A DNA stretch of 64,000 nucleotides from a virus (IMGVR_UViG_3300022305_001387:1-64000), one strand, 5' to 3'. Shown: positions 28,925-37,481, counted from the stretch's first letter. Numbers and translations: made by a program. The notes: generated by a model not told the origin, from the letters alone.

Positions 28925-29707
28925 ATGGAATGGATTATTAAAAACTTAAATAAAATGAAAAAAGAATTTATTAAATACGAACAAGCATTAGAACTTAAAG
29001 AACTTGGGTTTGATGAACCTTTTAATCCATTTGACACTTTTTATTATAGAAATGGTGATTTATGTGAAGCTAATAAAGATGCTGTAGAGTATTTTAATAG
29101 TTTTAATGATGAAGTAGTATTAGCACCACTATACCAACAAGCATTTAGATGGTTTAGAAAAAATCATGGACTTTATTCATCTATATTACCTAAAAAATCA
29201 TATCCTGACAATTATGTTTCAGGTGTAGAATGGTATGTAACAATTTGCGGTGGGGATGGAGTAGAAATTGGTCCTGATGGAACTTATACTTACGAAGAAG
29301 CAGAACTTGAATGTTTAAATAAACTTATTGAAATCGTTGGAACAATAGAATTTCCCAAACACCCATCTGTTATTTCTGAAAATGGTAATGAGTTACTTTT
29401 TGATAAAGAAGGTAATTTGATAAAAGAAGTAGTAGAAGATGATGTTGAGAAGTCGGCTGTAGAAGAATATCCTATTTATGATGGTGACTTATTAGGAATT
29501 GCAAATAACCAAAAACATAGTAGAATTGATTTTATCAAGGGTTACAACAAAGCCAAAGAAACTCTATATACAGATGAACAAGTTGATGAAAAACTTAGAA
29601 AAGGAATAGCAAAATTTCATAATTGGGCTACTGGTAAAGATTGGGATTCATTTTATGGAGATTATGAAATTAAAATTAATAATATTATACAAGAACTTAA
29701 AAAATAA
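28925..29707 (+). CDS. hypothetical protein (260 aa)
   Basis: ORF in track. Confidence 0.55.
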   Translation: MEWIIKNLNKMKKEFIKYEQALELKELGFDEPFNPFDTFYYRNGDLCEANKDAVEYFNSFNDEVVLAPLYQQAFRWFRKNHGLYSSILPKKSYPDNYVSGVEWYVTICGGDGVEIGPDGTYTYEEAELECLNKLIEIVGTIEFPKHPSVISENGNELLFDKEGNLIKEVVEDDVEKSAVEEYPIYDGDLLGIANNQKHSRIDFIKGYNKAKETLYTDEQVDEKLRKGIAKFHNWATGKDWDSFYGDYEIKINNIIQELKK

Positions 29708-29711
29708 AACA

Positions 29712-29894
29712 ATGATAAATTTAGAAAATGCAAATTTTATAGGAGAAGGAGAATGGATAAAAGATACAGCATATCAGGTATATGAACTTGATGGTAGATA
29801 TTATGCTGTCGTAGTAGTAGGTCATTCTAATAAGGAGGTTATTGATGATATGACAATAGAAATTAAAAAAGAAGACATTGGTAATTACATTTAA
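29712..29894 (+). CDS. hypothetical protein
   Basis: Internal ATG 29712 after the upstream stop. Confidence 0.45.
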   Translation: MINLENANFIGEGEWIKDTAYQVYELDGRYYAVVVVGHSNKEVIDDMTIEIKKEDIGNYI

Positions 29895-29897
29895 CAA

Positions 29898-29917
29898 CCT
29901 AAAAAAGATTAATTATG
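29898..29917 (+). repeat. 19-nt gene-boundary repeat (copy 2 of 4)
   Basis: CCTAAAAAAGATTAATTATG; ATG at 29915 starts the next gene. Confidence 0.8.
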
Positions 29918-30151
29918 AAATTCATAACACTAGCAGATAGCCAAGGACGTAGAGTCTTAATCAATCCAATGACGATAACAACACTACAGGAGGAAGAGGA
30001 TACAGATCTATTATTCAAGGCTAAGATATATACAATGGGAGGTGATAGAAGGCATGTAAGGGAGACTATAGAAGAGATCTTAGAGCTAATAAAAAAATCA
30101 GAAAACATTCATACAATCACCTGGGAGACAGAACCAAAATCAGATATATGA
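29915..30151 (+). CDS. hypothetical protein (78 aa)
   Basis: ORF after the boundary repeat. Confidence 0.5.
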   Translation: MKFITLADSQGRRVLINPMTITTLQEEEDTDLLFKAKIYTMGGDRRHVRETIEEILELIKKSENIHTITWETEPKSDI

Positions 30152-30474
30152 ATAAAGAACAACAGCAGATTGTTGATAAGGTATATGAAGAGTATGAGAG
30201 GCTTTGTCAATCACAGGAGCTTATTGATTATGACGATAAAGAGACCTTTATCAAAAGTATTAAGAATTATAGTATGGTTGCAAAGCGGTGGGGATTAAAG
30301 ATTGAGGAAAGAGAGTTGAGTGAAGAAGAAAGATACGACTTATATGAAGAAAAGTATATGTTTACTGAAACGATTGAGGAAAGGGGAATTGATTATAAAT
30401 ATAAAATACCAACCAAACTAATCACAGTAACATACGAAGGTAAAACAATAGAGAGTTATGATAGGAATAGATAG
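30148..30474 (+). CDS. hypothetical protein (108 aa)
   Basis: ATGA overlap. Confidence 0.5.
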   Translation: MNKEQQQIVDKVYEEYERLCQSQELIDYDDKETFIKSIKNYSMVAKRWGLKIEERELSEEERYDLYEEKYMFTETIEERGIDYKYKIPTKLITVTYEGKTIESYDRNR

Positions 30475-30664
30475 CATCAAACCACACTACGAGATAAGAG
30501 CAAGAGATATAGATCCGGATACGGGAGACGTGTCTAAGGATTGGGCATTGGCAATAGCAATGAAAAAAGAAGCAGCATACTTAATAGTTCATGCTATGAA
30601 TACAACAGATGACGAACCAAACAGAATGTATTACGCATTGCATAGAGAAGAAATAAAACAATAA
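30458..30664 (+). CDS. hypothetical protein, paralog family A
   Basis: See 26285. Confidence 0.45.
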   Translation: MIGIDSIKPHYEIRARDIDPDTGDVSKDWALAIAMKKEAAYLIVHAMNTTDDEPNRMYYALHREEIKQ

Positions 30665-30705
30665 CAAAAGGATAATATAATAATCATAATCCAGATAAGA
30701 CCAAG

Positions 30706-31020
30706 ATGATAGAGTGTACATGTATAAATGCAAACAATAGACCCAAAGAAATACCCAAAAACAAATGGGTAAAGAAGGGAAATACATACACCGTCATATA
30801 CACACTAACTGTATTGCCGCAACGACAGTTGGCGTTCCATCTGCAAGAGATAGATCTGGACGAATCAAATGCACCATACGAATACTTCTTAGCTAATAGA
30901 TTTGCATTTAAACCTGAAGCGCTGGATGAGTTAATGGATCTGATTAAAGCATGTAGTGATACAGACTTTTCAATGGAAGAGCTGCTAAAGCAGACAGAGC
31001 TGGTGACAGCCACGACGTAA
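30706..31020 (+). CDS. hypothetical protein (104 aa)
   Basis: Plus-strand ORF preferred over antisense 30684..31034. Confidence 0.5.
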   Translation: MIECTCINANNRPKEIPKNKWVKKGNTYTVIYTLTVLPQRQLAFHLQEIDLDESNAPYEYFLANRFAFKPEALDELMDLIKACSDTDFSMEELLKQTELVTATT

Positions 31021-31260
31021 TCAAATCGACACAAGCTCCACCGAAATCGGAAGACACACTAAATATAAACAATCACGACCACACCAACAGCAATAACCCC
31101 TATGCATAGACTGCCGCTTCTTCCCCGTGGCATACACCACCCACCTCCCCACATGGGCATCCCCATATTCTTGTATATCCGTATTAAGGATAAACATAAT
31201 ACACAACGCGTTGATGAGTCGGACACAGAATCCAAGCCTGTCCCTAACTCGTTGGTTGCC
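31021..31260. other. non-coding C/A-rich strand-asymmetric region
   Basis: No convincing ORF; CCACCCACCTCCCCACATGGGCATCCCC C-tracts; precedes promoter module D. Confidence 0.3.
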
Positions 31261-31261
31261 A

Positions 31262-31379
31262 ATAAAAACTTTTGAAAATACTTGTATAATTATTTTTTAG
31301 TGTCAAAATGTTGTCGTATATTACATATATAATCAATCAAGCAGCTGCAAACCAGCTCAAAAACTAAAAAAAACATAAT
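31262..31379 (+). promoter_or_regulatory. conserved promoter/5'UTR module, copy D (partial)
   Basis: TTTTGAAAATACTTG..TATTTTTTAGTGTCAAAATGTTGTCG...AAAAAAAACATAATATG, parallel to copy C. Confidence 0.45.
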
Positions 31380-31667
31380 ATGACACAAGCCAATGCCACT
31401 AACAGTTACACACTAACAACAATGAACAGCGACCAAGTCTACATGTATATGAAACGTAATGCCCACAAGACTTCTAACACGAACTTGGATTGTTTAGCAG
31501 AAGCCATTCTTACTTCTTATGGATTCGATACTGATATTAACAAGAGCGATCTTAAGCTTATAGCTATTATGCCAGGATATATGTCGGACTTGGACTTCAG
31601 AACTATGGAATGCCATGTATCAACGCAGATGACGGTCGTGCCTTTCTCGGTTGCACACGTTGACTAA
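31380..31667 (+). CDS. hypothetical protein (95 aa)
   Basis: ORF after module D. Confidence 0.5.
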   Translation: MTQANATNSYTLTTMNSDQVYMYMKRNAHKTSNTNLDCLAEAILTSYGFDTDINKSDLKLIAIMPGYMSDLDFRTMECHVSTQMTVVPFSVAHVD

Positions 31668-31736
31668 TCACACCAGATCCAATGCCCTATTACCTTTCAT
31701 CTAATTCTATTTAAAATAAAAAAAACAATTAAAGTT

Positions 31737-32627
31737 ATGAACAAGAACATCATCCTTTCAGCTCTTCAATCTCAGTTACAAACAGTTAAAGCAGACGCTA
31801 TCGCCCATGAGAACGACGTCTACACGCCAGCATTGGCAAAGCTTACAAGCAAGATCAAAGTTTATTTCGATCAGTACGTTGCTCAGAACATTCACGACAT
31901 CTCTATTGCTTCTGATCGTATCACTATCCAACCTAATGACGATACGTCTTACGGAAACACTATCAGCATTGATTATCGTGGCAGTTGGAGAAACGACGGA
32001 GCCTATTTCGAAACTTCTTCTTACCGTCCAGATCTAAAGTCTAACGAAGACAATACCAATACCGTCCGCTATTACAAAACTTTGGCTGCTATTGCTAACA
32101 CATTCGATTTGATCTGCGAGCAGTACAAGACCAAATGGTTGACTGCATTTGCCAAGATCGAATCAGCCAAGTCTGACAAGTACTCTGAGATCTACAAGAT
32201 CGAAAGAGAGATCAGAACCTGCGAGGCTGAGATTGCTGAATTAGAGAAAGAGAAGTATAACCAATCTGGCATTGAATTGACGTTGAAGCCTACGGCCAAT
32301 TACGATTCTTGCTATGACAACAACGAGTGCGTGTATACCAAGAAGATGGTTGAGCACCATATCAAGGCTCATTACGGTCGTAGCAAATACGATTACGCTT
32401 ACATCAATTCGTTCAAGGTTGTTTCATTCCCTAAAGCCAAGCACGGCAAGGTTATATTAGAATGGAAAGGTGGAGCTGATGACACTAAGACACGTACAGT
32501 TGAGCTGAACAAACAACGTTACGCTGAGTTCATCTCAGAAGTACACAACTGGCAAACTAAAGGTGCTGTTGAAAGAGAAGAGAGCATCGACGAAAGAATC
32601 GCTAGATACAATAAAGTAGACGCCTAA
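31737..32627 (+). CDS. hypothetical protein (296 aa)
   Basis: Preceded by AATTAAAGTTATG. Confidence 0.6.
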   Translation: MNKNIILSALQSQLQTVKADAIAHENDVYTPALAKLTSKIKVYFDQYVAQNIHDISIASDRITIQPNDDTSYGNTISIDYRGSWRNDGAYFETSSYRPDLKSNEDNTNTVRYYKTLAAIANTFDLICEQYKTKWLTAFAKIESAKSDKYSEIYKIEREIRTCEAEIAELEKEKYNQSGIELTLKPTANYDSCYDNNECVYTKKMVEHHIKAHYGRSKYDYAYINSFKVVSFPKAKHGKVILEWKGGADDTKTRTVELNKQRYAEFISEVHNWQTKGAVEREESIDERIARYNKVDA

Positions 32628-32775
32628 TCTAAATCACTAAACAATTAAACACATATGTTATGTAACACACATATAACCATACCATAATATGAGGTTAGAC
32701 TTCCTACCAAAAAGTTAATCTTCTCTATATCACCAGAATCAATTAATTTTATCTATAATCAAAACAATAAAAGTT

Positions 32776-33609
32776 ATGTCACAATCAGTATCGCCTAAGG
32801 CACAATCGTTTAAAGCAGGAGCAATCAATTCAATCAGCATGGAAGTAGCCAAGCAACAGGCACCAGCCATCTTCGCTACCGAACCCGCATCGTATATCAA
32901 CCAGAACAGGTATCACTTCACACCTACCTTCGAGATCATAGACATGATGAAGGATATGGGTTATGCATTAACCGGAGCCAAGCAGAGCAAGACTAAGATA
33001 CCTCTGCGTCATAATCACGGAGTACACATCGTAGAGTTCCAGCATCCTGATCTGTATGTAAAGGACAGCACTAACAACGAGATAGAAGCCAGACCTACCA
33101 TCGTTATGGTTAACTCATCAGATGGCTCTAGACCGTTTGACTTTCAGATGGGTATGTTCAGATTGGTATGTAGTAATGGCCTAATCGTTAAGAGCAAAGA
33201 CTTAGGTGGCTTCAAAGAGAGACACACCAAATATAACTTCACTGATCTCAAGGCCATGATCAGCAGCAAAGTAGATTCATTACCTAAGACCATAGAGAAA
33301 ATTAATACATGGACTGGCATAGAGATGGATGCCAAGACCAGACACGCATTCGCAGTAGAAGCTCTAGCTCTCAGATTAGGCAATGATCGTCAAGCAGAGA
33401 CCTACGAGATTCATTCAATCCTGTCCGCTAAACGTAAAGAAGACGAGCCAAACAATCTATGGTGCACATTCAATCGTGTACAAGAGAACCTGATCAAAGG
33501 CGGCTTTCAAATCAACGAAAGGCAAGCACGCCCTATCACCAACCCTTGGCAAGACCTACAGTTGAATCAAAGCCTGTGGACATTAGCTGAAAAGTACGAA
33601 GCCTGTTAG
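32776..33609 (+). CDS. DUF932-like protein
   Basis: VNSSDGSRPFDFQMGMFRLVCSNGLIV resembles the ..HDGS..F....G.FRLVCSNG motif I associate with DUF932 proteins of phages/ICEs (recollection, not a search). Confidence 0.45.
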   Translation: MSQSVSPKAQSFKAGAINSISMEVAKQQAPAIFATEPASYINQNRYHFTPTFEIIDMMKDMGYALTGAKQSKTKIPLRHNHGVHIVEFQHPDLYVKDSTNNEIEARPTIVMVNSSDGSRPFDFQMGMFRLVCSNGLIVKSKDLGGFKERHTKYNFTDLKAMISSKVDSLPKTIEKINTWTGIEMDAKTRHAFAVEALALRLGNDRQAETYEIHSILSAKRKEDEPNNLWCTFNRVQENLIKGGFQINERQARPITNPWQDLQLNQSLWTLAEKYEAC

Positions 33610-33770
33610 TAGTCACGAGTGGAACCGGTTGTCCACAAGTTGGACGCCGGCGACCCACTAGTTACCCACTAGCTCTCCGCAAAAGGGCTAATATTCGTAG
33701 CTAGCGCTTTGGTAAGGGGGCCCGGGGGGCTTTACTCCTCACCAACCCCAAGGAATTTTCAAAAAAGTCA
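33610..33770 (+). other. GC-rich, probably structured, non-coding element
   Basis: GTGGAACCGGTTGTCCAC hairpin; direct repeat CCCACTAG-TTA-CCCACTAG; inverted CTAGCT..AGCTAG; GGGGGCCCGGGGGGC; GC far above local background. Confidence 0.35.
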
Positions 33771-33884
33771 AATAATTTATTTACGTAAATATAAAAAACA
33801 AGTTATGCAAATCATCGAATCACAAATTCAAATCTTATCGGGTTATCCCAAGCCAATCAGTATCATTCATCTAAATTAAAGACT

Positions 33885-34001
33885 ATGAGCGACTTCGCAA
33901 TCATGGTGCTAATAGCATTACCAAACATTATATTCTGCGCCGTAATATTCGCCATGGATATAGCAAACTGCATTGAAAATCGTAAAAATAAAAACAAATG
34001 A
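33885..34001 (+). CDS. small membrane protein (38 aa)
   Basis: Hydrophobic AIMVLIALPNIIFCAVIFAM; ATGA overlap with 33998. Confidence 0.3.
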   Translation: MSDFAIMVLIALPNIIFCAVIFAMDIANCIENRKNKNK

Positions 34002-34402
34002 AAAAACTAACAGCACAACAAGAGCGAGCTTGGACGGAAACCGCATCTGTCGTACATTTCATGAACATTGTACAAGAGGCAAAAGAGAAGTTGCCAGCAT
34101 TAGCAGCAGAGCTCAACGCCAATGAGTTTCACACATCATTTAGTATCGAACAAGAGCACGACTCCAAAGACATTGAATTCTCATGTAAAATTAATTGTAC
34201 GTTTGGCAAATGGAGCAACTATCATTGTGGCAGTTACATCAATGACACGCATGACTTCGATGCAGCGGCCAACAGCATACGTGAGATGCACGCCAAATGG
34301 AAAAAGGAAGAGGACGCAAGAGAGCGCAAGCGCGAAGAAGATAGAATCAAGCAAGCACTCTACGAAGACTACCGAGCGCAATTATCCAGCACACCATTCT
34401 AA
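33998..34402 (+). CDS. hypothetical protein (134 aa)
   Basis: ORF in track. Confidence 0.5.
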   Translation: MKKLTAQQERAWTETASVVHFMNIVQEAKEKLPALAAELNANEFHTSFSIEQEHDSKDIEFSCKINCTFGKWSNYHCGSYINDTHDFDAAANSIREMHAKWKKEEDARERKREEDRIKQALYEDYRAQLSSTPF

Positions 34403-34418
34403 ACCAAAAAAACAAGTT

Positions 34419-34682
34419 ATGACACCGAGACAATACAACGAGTTAAACAGACAAGCAGACGTGATAGAGCAACACACGCACTCCGAGATCGAGCGCCAGT
34501 TGCAAGAGATGCAAGCCAACAAGAAATATATAGCTATGGAATTATGGCCTCCACCGGGACAAAATAGAATTCAGCCTCTTGGCAATGAGATGCGCATCAA
34601 CGAAGGCAGAGCCGGCAAGTGGACAGGAGTCAGCGAAGCGTTCTACGACACTATGGCCAAGAAATATGACTCACGAGGCTAA
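34419..34682 (+). CDS. hypothetical protein
   Basis: Track ORF 34122 re-started at ATG 34419 after AAACAAGTTATG; the upstream part overlaps 33998..34402. Confidence 0.45.
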   Translation: MTPRQYNELNRQADVIEQHTHSEIERQLQEMQANKKYIAMELWPPPGQNRIQPLGNEMRINEGRAGKWTGVSEAFYDTMAKKYDSRG

Positions 34683-34749
34683 AACGCACCGGGGACGGGG
34701 ATTGAATTTTTACATTCTAAACAATTATATTTACATAAATACATTACAT

Positions 34750-35097
34750 ATGAGTGGAGGAGCATTTGAATACAAGCAATATAACATCAGCCAAATTGCT
34801 GATGAGATTGAACAGTTTATCCGAGACAACGGTCGTCCTAAAACGGCGCAAGAATTGAGAGATGAAAGTTGGGGCAGAGATGCCTCATGGTATGAAAAGT
34901 ATCCCGAATATTTGAATTACCATGCATATCCAGACGACATCATCGAAGAGTTTAAACGAGGTCTGCACATAATGAGACAAGCCTACATCTATGCTCAACG
35001 CATTGATTGGTTGCTTAGCGGCGATGATGGAGAGGACTCTTTTCGCAGCCGGTTACAAGCAGAACTTAACGCATTAGAAAAAACTAAAAAAGATTAA
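34750..35097 (+). CDS. hypothetical protein
   Basis: Track ORF 34579 re-started at ATG 34750. Confidence 0.5.
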   Translation: MSGGAFEYKQYNISQIADEIEQFIRDNGRPKTAQELRDESWGRDASWYEKYPEYLNYHAYPDDIIEEFKRGLHIMRQAYIYAQRIDWLLSGDDGEDSFRSRLQAELNALEKTKKD

Positions 35098-35102
35098 TTA
35101 TG
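35083..35102 (+). repeat. 19-nt gene-boundary repeat (copy 3 of 4)
   Basis: ACTAAAAAAGATTAATTATG; the upstream gene ends ..KKD* inside it. Confidence 0.8.
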
Positions 35103-35483
35103 ACATCAATAGAATGGTTAATAGAACAATTTAATCTACAAGCATATACTCCTCACATTGAAAAAGCCAAAGAAATGCACAAAGCTGAACTTGGTAAGAC
35201 ATGGGATGCTGCATTAGATGCAGGGCAGAGTAGAGCATGGAATGTTATGAGAGCTTATGAAGACTTTGATGAATGGTATGAAACATTTGTAAGTAAGGGA
35301 AGTAATGACCATATTGTTGACACCAACGAAATGGTAGATATTTCCCAACAAGAAACTCTATATACAGAAGAACAAGTTAGGGAAGCAATATCAAAATCTG
35401 TATCTATTTTAGTTGGTCAAGAAATTAATTTAGCACAATTAAAAGAATTAACTATCCAATCACTTAAACAACCTAAACAATGA
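35100..35483 (+). CDS. hypothetical protein, MTSIEWL family
   Basis: Paralog of 28440..28826. Confidence 0.5.
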   Translation: MTSIEWLIEQFNLQAYTPHIEKAKEMHKAELGKTWDAALDAGQSRAWNVMRAYEDFDEWYETFVSKGSNDHIVDTNEMVDISQQETLYTEEQVREAISKSVSILVGQEINLAQLKELTIQSLKQPKQ

Positions 35484-35671
35484 AAAATAAACTAAAACAA
35501 TTAATAGGTTGGATTAGATTAAAAATTTGGGGTTTCTGTCCTAAATGTAATTCTGATGCACCTAAATTGTATGATTGTGAAGTTTGTAATTGGGAAAACC
35601 AATATGAAGGTTACAAATTTGTATGGTGGAATAGATTTATTAAACAACTTAAACAACCTAAAAAAGATTAA
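35480..35671 (+). CDS. small zinc-ribbon-like protein
   Basis: CPKCNS...CEVC. Confidence 0.45.
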   Translation: MKNKLKQLIGWIRLKIWGFCPKCNSDAPKLYDCEVCNWENQYEGYKFVWWNRFIKQLKQPKKD

Positions 35672-35676
35672 TTATG
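35657..35676 (+). repeat. 19-nt gene-boundary repeat (copy 4 of 4)
   Basis: CCTAAAAAAGATTAATTATG. Confidence 0.8.
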
Positions 35677-35913
35677 ACATCAAATAAAGCAGATTGGCTA
35701 ACAGAACGAGTCTTAGAACGAGCTCAATGGTATTACACAACCAGTTATCAACGCTGGGCGTTAGAACTTAGTCACGACAAAAATGTTACTATTGCCAAAG
35801 ACATTGCAGTTTTCGTTGTGATTGAACTGCAAAGCCAAACTGAAGACGATTTTTGGTCGGAAGTCAAGCACACTATTATCCGACTCCAGCATAAGGAGTT
35901 ATACAAACCTTAA
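35674..35913 (+). CDS. hypothetical protein (79 aa)
   Basis: ORF in track. Confidence 0.45.
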   Translation: MTSNKADWLTERVLERAQWYYTTSYQRWALELSHDKNVTIAKDIAVFVVIELQSQTEDDFWSEVKHTIIRLQHKELYKP

Positions 35914-35922
35914 AAATAGCAT

Positions 35923-36228
35923 ATGACACAAGAACAACAACAAGACATTCAAGACAAGTTGGATCGACTCACAGATTTGGTAAAAACATCAAACGCAGAG
36001 GCACAAGACTTTGTGATGAGCAATCGCGCAGTCACTTGCATACAAATCATCGGTAAATTCTGTGATGGTCCAGTACAGACGATATTGTCTATGGAAGCTG
36101 TCCAGAGCTGCAGGGAATGTACAACTCTGCAAGACCTTATAGAAACAATAGCTCAACACATGGACTTCGACAGCGAAGCTCAGGGCGCTTCATTCATTTT
36201 AAACTATTTAGACTATGAAATTGATTAA
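35923..36228 (+). CDS. hypothetical protein (101 aa)
   Basis: ORF in track. Confidence 0.5.
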   Translation: MTQEQQQDIQDKLDRLTDLVKTSNAEAQDFVMSNRAVTCIQIIGKFCDGPVQTILSMEAVQSCRECTTLQDLIETIAQHMDFDSEAQGASFILNYLDYEID

Positions 36229-36511
36229 GTGGAAATACAAACCAAGTGGCAACTGCCCGGTACAAGCTGAAGGAGAATTTCTCGGTTGGTACTTTTACTT
36301 TCGTGCTAGACACGACAAGGCCACCATCGAGTTTTCTCGTACCGAAGCGGGTTGGGAAAACGAATTGATTCACGCACGATATGTGCTGGCTACTGAACCT
36401 GATCCGATGGCTGGATGGATGCCAAAATGGAAATGTAGATTTCTTATATACGTCGGGTGCATGCTCTTCTTTTTTAAACGAAACAAACACGAACTCTATG
36501 TCTCACATTAA
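36215..36511 (+). CDS. hypothetical protein (98 aa)
   Basis: ORF in track. Confidence 0.4.
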   Translation: MKLIKWKYKPSGNCPVQAEGEFLGWYFYFRARHDKATIEFSRTEAGWENELIHARYVLATEPDPMAGWMPKWKCRFLIYVGCMLFFFKRNKHELYVSH

Positions 36512-36767
36512 ATATTGCTCTACATACACAAGTACCAAGTGCAACTGTCCCGATGGTGTGTGTCGCAGACAAGCGGCGGAGGCAGAAGCAGAACGATTCA
36601 AGTTAGACAAACGTCAACGTATGCAACAGTTCATAGATGATCTCACCGACTTTCAATTGTTTCTACGTGACAAAGGCTACATCACCGATCACGATTGGGC
36701 CTACGAGGACGAGGCCACCGAGTTTGCCTATCAAACTATGGCGTATAGATTGGAACTCGAAAACTAG
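36498..36767 (+). CDS. Cys-rich hypothetical protein
   Basis: Internal ATG 36498 of the track ORF 36381; CSTYTSTKCNCPDGVC. Confidence 0.4.
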   Translation: MSHIKYCSTYTSTKCNCPDGVCRRQAAEAEAERFKLDKRQRMQQFIDDLTDFQLFLRDKGYITDHDWAYEDEATEFAYQTMAYRLELEN

Positions 36768-36875
36768 ATTTTCTGGTTGTCCTGAATAGTTTTTTATTTA
36801 TGTAAATACTAACATATCGGGACCACAAAGCATTTATGTACTCGAAAGCATACCATTGGATCTGCTAAGAGTCAA

Positions 36876-36994
36876 AGTCAGATGGTGAAATGGTAGACAC
36901 TATGGCAAGTAACTGAATCCTGAAGGCTGCAACCTAATGGCAGTAAGTGAACCCATACCGGACGCGGTTGTAGGTTCGATTCCTACTCTGACTA
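36876..36994 (+). tRNA. tRNA-like gene 1 (119 nt; class-II-type D arm, long interior)
   Basis: Acceptor AGTCAGA/TCTGACT+A, D region GGTGAAATGGTAGACAC, T arm GTAGG-TTCGATT-CCTAC, stem-loop ACCG-GACG-CGGT before the T arm; ~30 nt longer than canonical, anticodon arm not placeable by eye. Confidence 0.5.
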
Positions 36995-37010
36995 CTAAAA
37001 AATAAAAGTT

Positions 37011-37113
37011 ATGAGAAATTTTGATAAAGAATTTAAAGATTGGAAATCTGAGATGATAGGGTTTTTATTAGCTGGTTTCATCTTAGGAGTTTGTTTTGGA
37101 ATATTAATATAGA
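37011..37113 (+). CDS. small hydrophobic peptide (33 aa)
   Basis: After AAAAAATAAAAGTTATG; IGFLLAGFILGVCFGILI. Confidence 0.3.
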
Positions 37114-37121
37114 TATTATTT

Positions 37122-37227
37122 AGTCAGGTGGCGGAATAGAGCAGACGCTAAAATAACGAGTGGACAGCGTGCCATTGGGGAAGAGCCATAAAAGTTACGC
37201 ATACAGGTTCGAATCCTGTCCTGACTA
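37122..37227 (+). tRNA. tRNA-like gene 2 (106 nt)
   Basis: Acceptor AGTCAGG/CCTGACT+A, GGCGGAATAGAGCAGACGC D region, T arm ACAGG-TTCGAAT-CCTGT; long interior. Confidence 0.5.
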
Positions 37228-37229
37228 CA

Positions 37230-37392
37230 GACTTTCACCTATGGCTGTGCAAAGAACTGGTGAAACCCATTAGGAGCCGCAGACTCATTGAATGGGGGCG
37301 TAGGCAACATGAACCTACAACGGTAGAGTGCCTGTAACCGGGTATACCGGCTCCGCAAGAGACCGGGTGACCGTGGAAATCTCTACCAACAT
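37230..37392 (+). other. GC-enriched structured spacer between tRNA-like genes
   Basis: GGTAGAG...CTCTACC long-range pairing, CCGG-GTATA-CCGG hairpin, GTAGG..CCTAC; the track ORF 37328..37513 here looks spurious. Confidence 0.25.
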
Positions 37393-37481
37393 AGTCAGGT
37401 GGCGGAATTGGTCGCTAGTTAATAATAAGGGTCAGTGCTTAGCTCCCGAAAATGATACAGGTTCGATTCCTGTCCTGACTA
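37393..37481 (+). tRNA. tRNA-like gene 3 (89 nt; Leu-like class II 5' half)
   Basis: AGTCAGG-TG-GCGGAATTGGTCGC closely resembles the bacterial tRNA-Leu 5' half; T arm ACAGG-TTCGATT-CCTGT; acceptor CCTGACT+A; central region atypical. Confidence 0.55.

Noticed and set aside
28789-28941. 50-codon ORF starting at the boundary-repeat ATG
   Set aside because: It overlaps the 3' end of 28440..28826 and the 5' end of 28925..29707; kept only as a note under the frameshift finding.
34122-34418. 5' part of track ORF 34122..34682
   Set aside because: It overlaps 33998..34402 in another frame; the conserved AAACAAGTTATG context is at the internal ATG 34419, so only 34419..34682 is kept.
36876-37481. Group I intron inside the long tRNA-like genes
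   Set aside because: The extra 20-50 nt are far too short for a group I or II intron; more likely a mini-insert or non-canonical tRNA-like RNA.
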